From Eledone cirrhosa (taxonomy: Eukaryota), in contig OZ024740.1 of the NCBI GenBank assembly GCA_964016885.1, positions 377,332,001 through 377,396,000 of the forward strand: 64,000 nucleotides of DNA. The letters are read 5' to 3'. Shown here in pieces: positions 16,670-27,422 of the stretch. How positions within the stretch are numbered: the first letter of the stretch is position 1; every line of letters begins with the position of its first letter. The translations under genes were made by a program, and so were the position numbers. The notes under the pieces are model-generated. The model worked only from the letters and a program-made list of their open reading frames with translations, was not told the origin of the DNA and searched no databases.

Positions 16670-16830
16670 CCACAAGGTCAGAAAATTTGGAGGAAGGGCA
16701 AAGCTGATTAAATCAACTCCAGTATTTGATTGGTACTTTATCTTATGGACCCTAGAAGCAGGGATGGCAAAGTTGGCGTGATTTGAACTCAGAATGTAAA
16801 GAGCCATGGAAAATACCTCTACGTTCTACT
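16670..16830 (-). mobile_element. Diverged Nin/Deu-like SINE
   Basis: tggtactttatcttatggacc..ggcaaagttg..atttgaactcagaatgtaaagag is the reverse complement of the family consensus seen at 27232 and 41821. Confidence 0.65.
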
Positions 16831-16888
16831 AATCAGTCACTCTATGGAAGAGGGGGGGGGGGGATAAAAGATTTGTGAAAATTTAGTA

Positions 16889-17032
16889 CAGGCATGTCAA
16901 GCTCAGGGTCCTCCAAGGGCCCCATTTATATTTTATATATCTTATACTTTATATTTTATACAGCTCACGCTGTAAAAACATTTGTGCGGGCCGCAGGTGT
17001 ACTTGTAAAGGGCCGCATGTCTGATGTGCCCG
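16889..17032. mobile_element. hAT (Charlie-like) MITE
   Basis: Imperfect TIRs caggcatgtcaa.. and ..ctgatgtgcccg, internal gggccgca motifs, and an 8-bp TSD atttagta/ttttagta. Confidence 0.7.
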
Positions 17033-17348
17033 TTTTAGTATGTTCCATGAACTAACGTTGAATTCTAACATTGGCTCAAGACCGAACGTTGTTTTGGGGA
17101 AGGTGTATAGCGGATTGAATAGACAACAGTATTTGACTGACATTTTATTTTATTGAGCCCGAAATGATGGATGGCAGCATCATTTCAACCTGGATTTTAA
17201 TTTAGAACATCCAGAGAGATAACTAAGCCTGATGTAACTTTAAATTAAGTATTATGAGTATCTGACACGTAATTGTTCGTTGCAAACCTTTCAGTTAGTT
17301 ATACTTCGCTTGGAAGAGTTCAGATGTACTCACTACGAGCATACGCAT

Positions 17349-17499
<151 letters not shown>

Positions 17500-17767
17500 T
17501 GTGTGTATTTATGCTTATTTATTTATGTATATATTAAGTAATGCATTCATACATATTGTAGTATTAGCATTCATAAGTAGCATAGCGGTGAGTTGATCCA
17601 TAAGTATCATATCAAACAAACATCCCGTGAATGCAAGTCGACATGTTTGCCATCAGCATATTTATATAAATGTGATTATCAATTTGTATTCAGAAAAAAA
17701 TACAAAGACATATTTATCAATTTTGTCAAGAAAAAATTTATATAAGACTACATAAATGCGTATAAGA

Positions 17768-17814
<47 letters not shown>

Positions 17815-18006
17815 ACAAAGGAATTGTGGTAAGGAACCAGATGGACCATAACGCACCAGAGTACTCAATACTTAGGGTAGTAGAGTGGGAAATAGGAAAA
17901 AAGTATGACCCCGACGGCATAGCTCAAGCCCTTTCGACGGCTATTTCTGAGTCCAGAAATAGCCGTCGAAACCGCTTGAGCTCTGCCGTCGGGGTCATAC
18001 ATTTTC

Positions 18007-18010
<4 letters not shown>
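17815..18010. mobile_element. Palindromic pseudo-LTR fragment; related pieces at 19161-19205, 39088-39140, 44851-44902, 50570-50722
   Basis: gtatgaccccgacggca..tttcgacggctatttctg AGTC cagaaatagccgtcgaaa..tgccgtcggggtcatac. Each arm resembles the 3' half of an HHR (stem II strand, GAAA, nnGC, TT). Confidence 0.75.
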
Positions 18011-18060
<50 letters not shown>

Positions 18061-18149
18061 CGATTTATTCTAAAAAATATACATTTTGGGATTGTAGAAA
18101 AACTAATTAATAATTGAATTAATTTATTAACCATTAGAATTAATAATAA

Positions 18150-19099
18150 GTTTATGCACCAAACAACGAGTCCGAATAGAGGTCTTTCCTAGATGTAGTT
18201 AAGACTGAGTCATATATCCTGATGAGACACTTCAATGCATATGTTGCCACTGATCACCTGACATGCAAAGGAGTGATTGGAAGAGACCTGTTCTAGCAAT
18301 GGACTATTATGAACACCTTCTTCCAGCACAGAGACATCCCTAAATATACATGGTATAAGGAGAATCAGGGACAGAGATCAATATTTGATTTTGCTATTGT
18401 CTCTGATCTCTTTGAGTCTGAGTTGGATGTTCGTGTTAAGGGAGGGGCTGAGCTGTCAACTGATCACCGTCTAGTTATCTGCAGCTTGAGACTAACTAAA
18501 GCCAAGGAAGCCCACAAACCTAACAGGTCCAGGGCGACCTACATGATAAAGTGGGAAGCATAGGTGGATAAAGAAGTCAGGATCAGGTATGCAGATACTA
18601 TTGCATACAAATGCAGAGAACTTGAGCAAACTGAGGACGTTGAAACAGAGTAGAGATTGTTCAGCTCAGCAGTTTCTACTTCAGTTGTTAAATTCTGCAG
18701 GTAAAAGAGGCTTGGTGTGGCGCCAAGAGGTCTTGGTTCAATCAAGAAGTCAAAGATGCCATCCGAGCGAAGAAAGATACTTACAAAGCTTGGCTTGGAA
18801 ATAAGTCCTCTTTCTTATCCTTACAGTACAAGCAGCCGCGATAAATCGCAGTATATACGAATGCCCGAGTATTTGAATGAAAATCACTGCTGCAAAAACT
18901 GAGACACGCAGTGCACACTACATATAAATGGAGTTAAAATATCGAACGAGTGATGGAAGGCAGGTGGCTGAATTAAGTAAGTGCAAGAATTGCAGGAGCT
19001 GATGCAGTAATGCGCCAGCTTCAGCACTCAGAAGAAGGGAGGTAGGTGTGAAAGCCAAACTCTCTATCTTCAATTCGGTATTCGTGCCAACCCTTACCT

Positions 19100-19102
<3 letters not shown>
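18150..19102 (+). pseudogene. Internally deleted RTE-clade LINE remnant (APE endonuclease plus RT C-terminal piece)
   Basis: MNTFFQHR...KYTWY...SIFDFAIVS...DVRVKGGAELSTDHRLV is an APE C-terminus; KAKLSIFNSVFVPTLT is an RTE thumb region. Confidence 0.8.
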
Positions 19103-19160
<58 letters not shown>

Positions 19161-20204
19161 CAAGCCGAAATCGCTTGGCGCCGCGGTAGGGATTTTATAC
19201 ATCTCAATATTTATATATACATATATATATATGTGTGTGTATGTGTGTGTGTACTTGATAGATTTCTTCATGTAGCACGAAATAGAGTTTTAATCTAGTA
19301 CTGGAAACATAAGCGTCAAAGATTTTTTGTTTCCGATTATAAGAAAATTATAAAAATATATCTTATTAGCTCTGTAACGATATATCATCTCGAATTCCTA
19401 ATCGCTCCAGCTTGTTAAATTCACTACGAACATGGAACATGAACAATGTCTGTGATTTATTAGATTTAATAACGCCACTGACAAGATGTTTTATGAGACT
19501 CATAAATTGCGCTTACCTGGGGGAGTTCTGGTGTCATTTCATAATCAATCCTTTGTAATTGAATATTTCAAACTGCTTGTATTTTTACGAGCATTCATAA
19601 AGCTCGTTATCAAATCGGAAAATTTTCAAGAGAAATCCTTAGTTCCTGATTGCTTGAAATTGTCTCTGCTTTCATATTGCGAATAATATATAATCATTAA
19701 AATCTGTCCTTGAGAAAGCTCATATAGAAAGGTATGACAATATCTTGACAAATAATTGAAATGTTCTTTGTGTTGATATTGATTTTGTTCTGCGACGTAT
19801 TGTACTATTGCACTATTTTTCAAAATGTTGCCTAATTAATGAAAATTATTGAAATAATATTGAAAATATCCTTTCTCTATGAACATTCTATTTTACTCTC
19901 CCAGGCTAGTGGGAGTAAGGAATGAAGTTATCTTTACTTACTGAGTTAGCCTAGATGCTTTGAATAAAGTGAACTCCTCCAAAGCACCAAGAGGAGTGTT
20001 AAAGCGGATGATGTGTTACGTCTGCTATCTAAAAGATACGAATCGTCTCTCCTGCAGGCATCCTAGTTGTTTCTGTTGATCGACATAACGTTAAAGTAGA
20101 AGGCACCTTGAGGTACTAAGCAATGGAATAAGATCCGAAACCAAAGGACAGGGGGAGAGAATGAAAGAAAAAGAATCTAAACAATGAGATGGGAAATGAG
20201 AGGA

Positions 20205-20285
<81 letters not shown>

Positions 20286-20295
<10 letters not shown>

Positions 20296-20315
20296 TGTAT
20301 ACAGACGTACAGTAG

Positions 20316-20352
<37 letters not shown>

Positions 20353-20971
20353 GCACACATGTATAATAAATGTTTGGTGAATCCATACGTACATATATAT
20401 ATGTGTGCATGTATGTATATATATATACATACTATTGTACGTCTGTATACATATATGTATGTACGTATACATACTTATATTTAAGTAACAGCCGTACTAA
20501 GAGTGGAAAATGAAATTTCGTTTCATTTTTTCCGTTTATCGTTTTCGGTGCACCCGGCCGATTAACCCACTCGATATGCAAATTGGGCTACTCAGCCGTT
20601 AATATGCATAAGGAAAGTATATACTTTCGGACGTTCAACTATCTGGCAGGAAGGTATACGTTGCTGACGGTAGCTAACAAGCTTGAAACTAGTACAGCGT
20701 TCCTTTGTCAGTGTTGAACAAACGAGCAACGGTGGTTGTTAGACACTACGGCTTAATACGGGATGTTTGTTTACAAACACACCGAACATTATAATAAATG
20801 TTTGGTGAATCCATACGTACATATATATATATATGTGTGCATGTATGTATATATATATACATACTACTGTACGTCTGTATACATATATGTATGTACGTAT
20901 ACATACTTATATTTAAGTAACAGCCGTACTAAGAGTGGGAAATGAAATTTCGTTTCATTATTTCCGTTTAT
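20286..20971 (+). mobile_element. Non-coding retrozyme-like element: inverted arm plus partial tandem of a ~428 nt unit
   Basis: 20362-20539 repeats directly at 20790-20971. 20286-20361 is an inverted copy of part of the unit. An HHR lies at 20658-20700, and (TA)n flanks both sides. Confidence 0.8.
20658..20700 (+). ncRNA. Minimal type-I hammerhead ribozyme (A9G, U.U at base of stem II)
   Basis: acgttg-CTGACGG-T AGCT aaca AGCT T-GAAA-CTAG-TA-cagcgt: 6-bp stem I with one GU pair, palindromic ACTAGT stem III. Confidence 0.8.
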
Positions 20972-21811
20972 ATATATATATATATATATACTTTTTCTTA
21001 AATACATTAAATATTATCCAGCAAAAATTGCTTCCCCCTGCATATTAACTCTCTAAAAAGGGAAATCATATCAAACTTCAGTCCACCATTTGCCTCCATC
21101 ATGGATCATGGATCAACTAAGCACTCTTGCTATATTACTACATTTTGATCTGCTTAACTTCAAGAACTATGCCTGTAAATAACATTATTTTTAAAAGAAT
21201 AGAGGTGTAACACACGAGTTGTGATATATTAGTAAAAGGAAAAGAAAATGCTGACAAATTTTTCCCAGTGAAAATTAGTTTAATTAGGAATAAGTAAAAA
21301 TTAGTAATAAGTATTGGTTAGTATTCAGTTTTAGTTTTAAGTTTTTACCGGTTGCTCATTTCTAATGCTTTTCAAAAATAATTTTGAGATAGAGCGCCCG
21401 TGATGTGTGCTCTAATCTGATCAGTTTGGGAAATTCTACCTGTTTTATGTGAAAAAAGTGGCTCCAGAGGTATTAAGATTTGGTCGGTTGTTGAATGTCA
21501 CGTGAATGAGTACTATAAGTTTCGCGCCAATTCGTGTTGCAAAAATTCTTGTAGTCAAAACAATTTTGATTGGTCGGTAGAGGTCACGTGAATGTAAAAA
21601 TTGATTTTGCGCCAAATGTAGGTTTGTCGAAGAGTGTACTTTTTCGCCTGATTGAGAAGTCACTGAAAAATAAATCTTTTAAGACAAATATGTGTGTGTG
21701 CGTGTGTATGCGTAGTAAAGAGGTTCATTGTTGTGATAATGGTCAGTAGGGATGTGTGTGTGAATTGCAGTCATGTTGAAAGGTTAACAGTTCAGGTGCC
21801 TATTAAGACAA

Positions 21812-21859
<48 letters not shown>

Positions 21860-22058
21860 GTGTGTGTGTGTGTGTGTAGCAGAGTAATTCGTGGTAGAGG
21901 GATCGGTCAGTAGGAATGAGTCTGTACGTGTGTGGGGGATATTTTAACATGTTGAAAGATATATTTCAGCTCTTGTCTTATACAGAGGAGTGTGTGTGTG
22001 TGTGTGTGTGTGTGTATGTCTCTTTGTATGTTAGTGTACGCGTGTGTATGTGTGTGTG

Positions 22059-22113
<55 letters not shown>

Positions 22114-22612
22114 GTATGTATATGTGTGTGTGTGTGTGTGTGCGTGTGTGTGTGGATGGACCAGTATGTTTGTGATACTGGTAAAAATGGTGTAAATTAT
22201 TCGATATTTTCAGTAATTTGCAAAAACGTTTCTCTCAAAAGAACATCAAAAACATTAATAATAAAAGGGCTGAAATGATTTATAGTATGGTCATAACACC
22301 AAGGTGTGTGTGAGTGTCCAGATTGTACGTACTGCAAGGGGAATCCATTAGGCCCTGCCGTATTGGAATACTTGTGTACAAATATGTATGTGCCCATCAG
22401 TGTGCAATGCATGTGTGCGTATATGCATGTGTGTGTGTCGGCACGTTTATATCTATAGACATCAAAAGGTATGCAAATTTGTGTATATTTGTGTTGCACC
22501 ATAGAACATGTGTGTTTACGTATGTCATTGTGTTTATATGTGGATAGAAATGTATGTAAGATGTATGCTGATGTAGGTATGTATGTTGACGTGTGTATGT
22601 TGTGGGTTCGTC

Positions 22613-25600
22613 TTAGGGAGAAGTGTTTAGATGAGGTCCGTATTTGTTAATAAAGTGATATTCCTTGCTGATGCGCTGGCTGTGGGTGGCATTATCTTTA
22701 AATTTGTAGAGGGGAAAGATTCTAAAGTTGGGATGATTTTGGGCGGCACAGGTATCAATGTGTTCACTCAGTGGTATTTTTCTGTATTCCCGTATTTTAA
22801 TTTGGGATCTATGGACAGTCATGCGTTGGCGGAGGCTGTTTTTGGTCTGGTCTATGTATTGTTCTCGACAACCTGAGTAAGTTAATACATATATTAAATT
22901 TTCTGATGCGCATGTGAAATTGTGTTTTACTATAAAACGTTGTCCTTCTTTGAAATAGAATTCCGAACCCTCTATTAGGTTGATGCATATGCCACAGTTG
23001 GGTCTATCGCATTTTTTTACTGTGGGTTTCGTTGTTGTGGTTGGCAGTACTTTGGCATGTTTTAAGATGTTTTTCATTGACTTAGATTGTCTTTTGCTCT
23101 TTATGATATCGTGTGTTCGAAGGATTTGGTTCATTCTATGGTCCTCTTTTAACACAGGGATGTTCTGGAGGATGCTGTCAAAGGCCTCATTGTTGAGGGG
23201 GTTGTGTGTGGAGATGTATGGAAGAGTTTTTAGTTTCGGTTGATTTACTTTAGGGTGTCTAAGGTCCTGGGTACTGAGTTTTATGGCACGTTGGATTCCA
23301 TTGTCAATTAGTGATGCAGGCTAGTCCCTGCCTATGAGTGTGTCCTTTAGTTCGTGTAGCCGTAAGTAACAGGTGTTTTTATTGGAGACTATAGTACAGA
23401 TTCTCTTGGCTAAGTTGTAGCGAATATTAATTTTAACGTGTCTAGGGTGGCAAGAGTTGAAAGGAAGATATTGCTTGGTGTCTGTGGGCTTGTAGTATAT
23501 GTCTGTTTCTATTTTTTTGTTATGAATCTTAATGAGGATGTCGAGGAAGGGGCGTTGTTGATGGCTGTATTTCATCGTAAAGTTAATATTCGTGTTGAGC
23601 CCATTTATAAGGGTGTGAAATTCTTTAAGTTTCTAGATGTTTTCGTGCCAAAGGATGAAGCAGTCATCTAGATATCGCTTCCAGTTCTTTTCTATGTGTA
23701 AGTGGAGAGTGTTTCCAAATTTGTTTAGTACTTTAGTGTAGAGGGTGATTTCCAGGTATCCCATGACTAGGTTGGCATAAGTGGGGGCTGTTTTCGTTCC
23801 CATAGCGGTCCCAGATTTCTGCCTGTAGGATTTGTTATTGAAAACGAAGTAATTGTTCTCCAAGATAAATTTGAGTCCTATCACGAATTCTTTTTTGATG
23901 CGTTGTGGGAGTTCAATGTGGTAATTATCCAGCCAGAATTGGATAGCTTCTATTCCTAGGTTGTGGGGGATGTTTGAGTATAGGTTGACTACATCGAACG
24001 TCACTAGTAGGGTTTGTTCAGAAAGGGGCATATTAGGGAGGTGATTGAGCATATCTAGGTCGTCCCTTATATAGCTTTTGATGTGTTTGAGAAAAGGCTT
24101 GAGAAGGGTATCAATGAAGTTGCTAAGGCAGTGGGTTTCGCAAGCGGGGCCTGCTATTATAGGTCTTAATTTAAGATCATTGGGTGAGGAGACATTGATG
24201 ACTATGTCTGTGGATTCCTTGCATGCCTTACTTATTAATTCGCTTTTATGTACTTTAGGGTTACCGTAGAAAAGGCTGGATTTACTTGTAAAGTCTGTGA
24301 TGAAGCTGAATTCCTTGTTAGTGAGTCCTTCTTTGTATTTGTTGATCAGTTTTTTAGGTTTCTCATAATTTTCTGTTAATTGTAGTGTTCAGCCTTTTCG
24401 TAGTATGTTTTGTTTTCCAAAGTGGAGAGCGCTAAGTTGATATAGAATTCTGTCTCCATTAGGACTACTGTACTTCCTTTATCAGCCTCTTTAATTGTAA
24501 TAGTTCTGTCGGTTTTTAATCTATTTAATTTTTCCCATTCTTTTTTGTTGAGGTTTGGCTTGTGTTTTTGTCTGTGCAAGTGTTGGTAAGGGAAGTTTGT
24601 GATGTGTTCACGGAATTCGTCCAGGATTTTATTTCTACCTTTTGATGGGGTGTAGTTGCTTCTATTTCTGGCTAATGATTCATCCTCAATGTACTGGTCG
24701 AATGGTTCTTCACTGAATCGTAACTTTCTACAGAAGTCTGTGATGTCTTCCTTCATTTCATAGTAGTTAGAACGTAGTGGGATCGGTGTGAATTTAAGAC
24801 CTTTGGAGAGTAAGTTGATAAGGTTGGGTGTTGGTTCTGCACTAGTTAGATTGATAATTTTTATTACTCTCGGTTTCTTCTCCCTGTCTTGTGTTATTTT
24901 GTTTGCCTGTATCTGTGTGCTGTGTCTAAAAAATGGTTGGGTTAGAGGGGTTGTCTGCTGATGTTAAGTGGTCTCCTGTGTTTGTTATATTCCTTGTTGT
25001 TGTAAAATGTGGTTCGGGTTCGTGGTTGTGAATTGAATGGGTGTTCCTGTATTGCGAGTATGGATGTGTGTTTCTATGTGCCATGTTGGATTGTGGTGTT
25101 ATAGGTGGCCTACGTTGTTGGTTGTATCGTGTGGTGTGGGTTTGTTGTGTATTGTGGAAGCAAGAGTTGAGAAAATGGAAATTACCTTGATGTCCCCTTG
25201 TAGCGGGGAAGTTGTTACATCTATCATGGTGGTGGTATCTTTTCCCTATGTTTGACGATGAGGCATCCGCGTAGTAGTTGAGTGATTTGGTATGGTGTCT
25301 CCTTGAATGGGGAAAGTTGTAAATGTCATTCTGGTGGTGATGATTTCTAGGGCTTTTGTTCTTTCTTATGGAAGCGAGGTTGGGAAGTTCATCTTCGGTG
25401 TGGTGCTTCCTACTTCTTTTGTTAGTACCGGGGGGGGGGGGGGGGGGCGAAGTAGTTGCGCGGTTCGGTTATGGGTTTTCCTATTTTTATGAACGGGTTA
25501 TTGGAGGTGTAATCCGTTTGAAAAGTCGATTCATAGTTTAGGAACCAAGCGGCACTTTTTTCCCAGCGTTGAAGGGATTTCAGTTCTTCTCTGTTGCAGT

Positions 25601-26228
25601 CCCCTTTCCATAATTTAGAGATCTTCTCTACCTTGGGGCCTTCAGTCTTATTGTTGATTTCCAGGATGATCTCTTCATCGATGGTTTTGATTTTTTCCTC
25701 ATTTGTCTGGGCCCTCAATTTAAGAAGTTCAATTTCTGTCTTCATTTTTTCCAATGCCATTCTTTCCCTAAGGTGTCTTTGAGGTTCGGGTTCATTTGGA
25801 ATGGACTTTATTTGTATTTTACGGGGGAGAGTTAGAGGGGTTGAGTTAAGCCATTTTTCATATATCTCCGCTTTGTTGTGATTTTGTATAATCTTCCAGA
25901 AGGAGAACTTTCTGTCTCTGAGGGATTTGTTCCATTTTGGGATTGTTCGAATTTTCATTTTGTATGAATCAATCTCACATGGTTCTTCGTTGGTTTTCCC
26001 TGGGTTGGTAGTAGTGAACATAGTTTGGATAGTATTGCAAAGGTTTTGAAGTTTATCGCCGATTTCGGAGGGTTTGTGTCCGGTGACGGTTTCCTCATTT
26101 GTGGAGTCAAGTTTGTCGACTAGCACAGATAAGTTAGTGTTAATTTTCTTGAGTTCCTGTAGAATCTCTTCATTTGTGTTGATAAGAGTTGTATCTGTTT
26201 TTGTTGGGATTTTCTGTTGAGAAGTCAC
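22613..26228 (-). pseudogene. PLE polyprotein, frameshifted: N-terminal coiled-coil region, RT, Cys linker, GIY-YIG endonuclease
   Basis: Motifs IKEADKGS, FDVVNLYSNI, GTAMGTKTAPTYANL, WKRYLDDCF, PFLDI..TDIYYKPTD..SCHP, KCDRPNCGIC and NLIYVLT..C..QYIDQT..LRQRM..HR, split over several frames. Confidence 0.9.
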
Positions 26229-26443
26229 TGAAAAATAAGTCTTTTAAGACAAATATGTGTGTGTGTGTAGTAAAGACTTATTTTTAAGTCACTTCTCAAT
26301 CAGGCGAAAAAGGACACTCTTCAACAAACCTACATTTGGCGCAAGATCAATTTTTAATATTCACGTGACCTCTACCGACCAATCAAAATTGTTTTGACTA
26401 CAAGAATTTTTGCAACACGAATTGGCGCGAAACTTATAGTACT

Positions 26444-26918
26444 TGTAGTAAGACGCCTTACGCCCCCCCCCCCTGTCGGATAATGGACTAGACCTACTTG
26501 TCTCCCTCTGGTTGAGAACACTATTTAAGTAAGCAGCAGTATTACTTTCTCAGACAGCCACGAGAAAGCAGACTAAATACACGCCACTGAAAACAACCGC
26601 TGTACCACGAAACGATAAACAGCTAAGGGAACAGCAAACACCACAATACCTTTGTAATTGTAATACGCTCCTTTCACCACAATATGTCTATATTTGGTAT
26701 GTTCCATTTGTAATATAATAAACACATATAAACAAAATAAACATCACCATTATTTACAGTTGTTGAATATAACTCTCGTTGTGGTTATTGTCTTGTTTAC
26801 GCACACACCCACTCACTTTGTTATAATTCTCACTTACAAAAAATGGTAAATAGACGAGGGACCCTCCCTCACGTCTATGTTGATAAACAATCCAACTAGG
26901 ATACTTCAATTTACCACA
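26444..26918 (+). mobile_element. 475-bp solo-LTR-like insert in the inverted pseudo-LTR
   Basis: TGTAGTAA...TTACCACA termini, internal TATTTAA and AATAAA. It is absent from the sister copy at ~21505-21512. No TSD is visible. Confidence 0.7.
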
Positions 26919-27046
26919 TTCACGTGACATTCAACAACCAACCAAATCTTAATACCTCTGAAGCCACTTTTTTCACATAAAACAGGTAGAATTTCCAAAA
27001 CTGATCAGATTAGAGCAAACATCACAGGCGCTCTATCTCAAAATTA

Positions 27047-27082
27047 TTTTTGAAAAGCATTAGAAATGCGCAACCGGTAAAA
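27047..27082 (+). ncRNA. Hammerhead-like motif, U3-A8 with GCAA in place of GAAA
   Basis: ttt-TTGAAAA-GCATT aga AATGC-GCAA-CCGG-TA-aaa. The same GCAA occurs in copies at 21343-21378(-) and ~60873-60890(-). Confidence 0.65.
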
Positions 27083-27187
27083 ACTTAAAACTAAAACTGA
27101 ATACTAACCAATACTTATTACTAATTTTTACTTATTCCTAATTAAACTATTTTTCACTGGGATCTTTTCCTTTTACTAATATATATA

Positions 27188-27223
<36 letters not shown>

Positions 27224-27230
27224 TGTATAA

Positions 27231-27422
27231 GGGCGGTGGGTTGGCAGTATCGGTAGAGGGCTGGACACCATGCTTTGCAGCATAGAGTTACGGGCCTTTA
27301 CGATCTGACTTCAAATCCTGTCGAGGTTAACTTTGCCTTTCATCCTTACGGGGTCGATAAAATAAAGTACCAGTAATGCACTGGGTAATTTCTGGCCTTG
27401 TTCCTAAAGTAGAAACAATTAT
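27231..27422 (+). mobile_element. Nin/Deu-like tRNA-derived SINE
   Basis: tggcagtatcggtagag...ttcaaatcc..gaggttaactttgcctttcatccttacggggtcgataaaataaagtaccag. Confidence 0.8.

Larger units (their letters stand above)
21190..27184 (-). mobile_element. Near full-length decayed Neptune-like Penelope-like retroelement with 3' pseudo-LTR (21190-~21720) and inverted 5' pseudo-LTR (26274-27184)
   Basis: RT and GIY-YIG coding remnants. 26274-27184 (minus an insert) is the reverse complement of 21220-21680. 26217-26275 is a direct copy of 21652-21720. HHR-like motifs at 21343-21378(-) and 27047-27082(+). Confidence 0.9.

Noticed and set aside
26217-26275. Spliced-out intron explaining the short 5' direct repeat of the Neptune-like element
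   Set aside because: The divergence point from the 3' copy is not followed by GT; a template switch or deletion is equally plausible.
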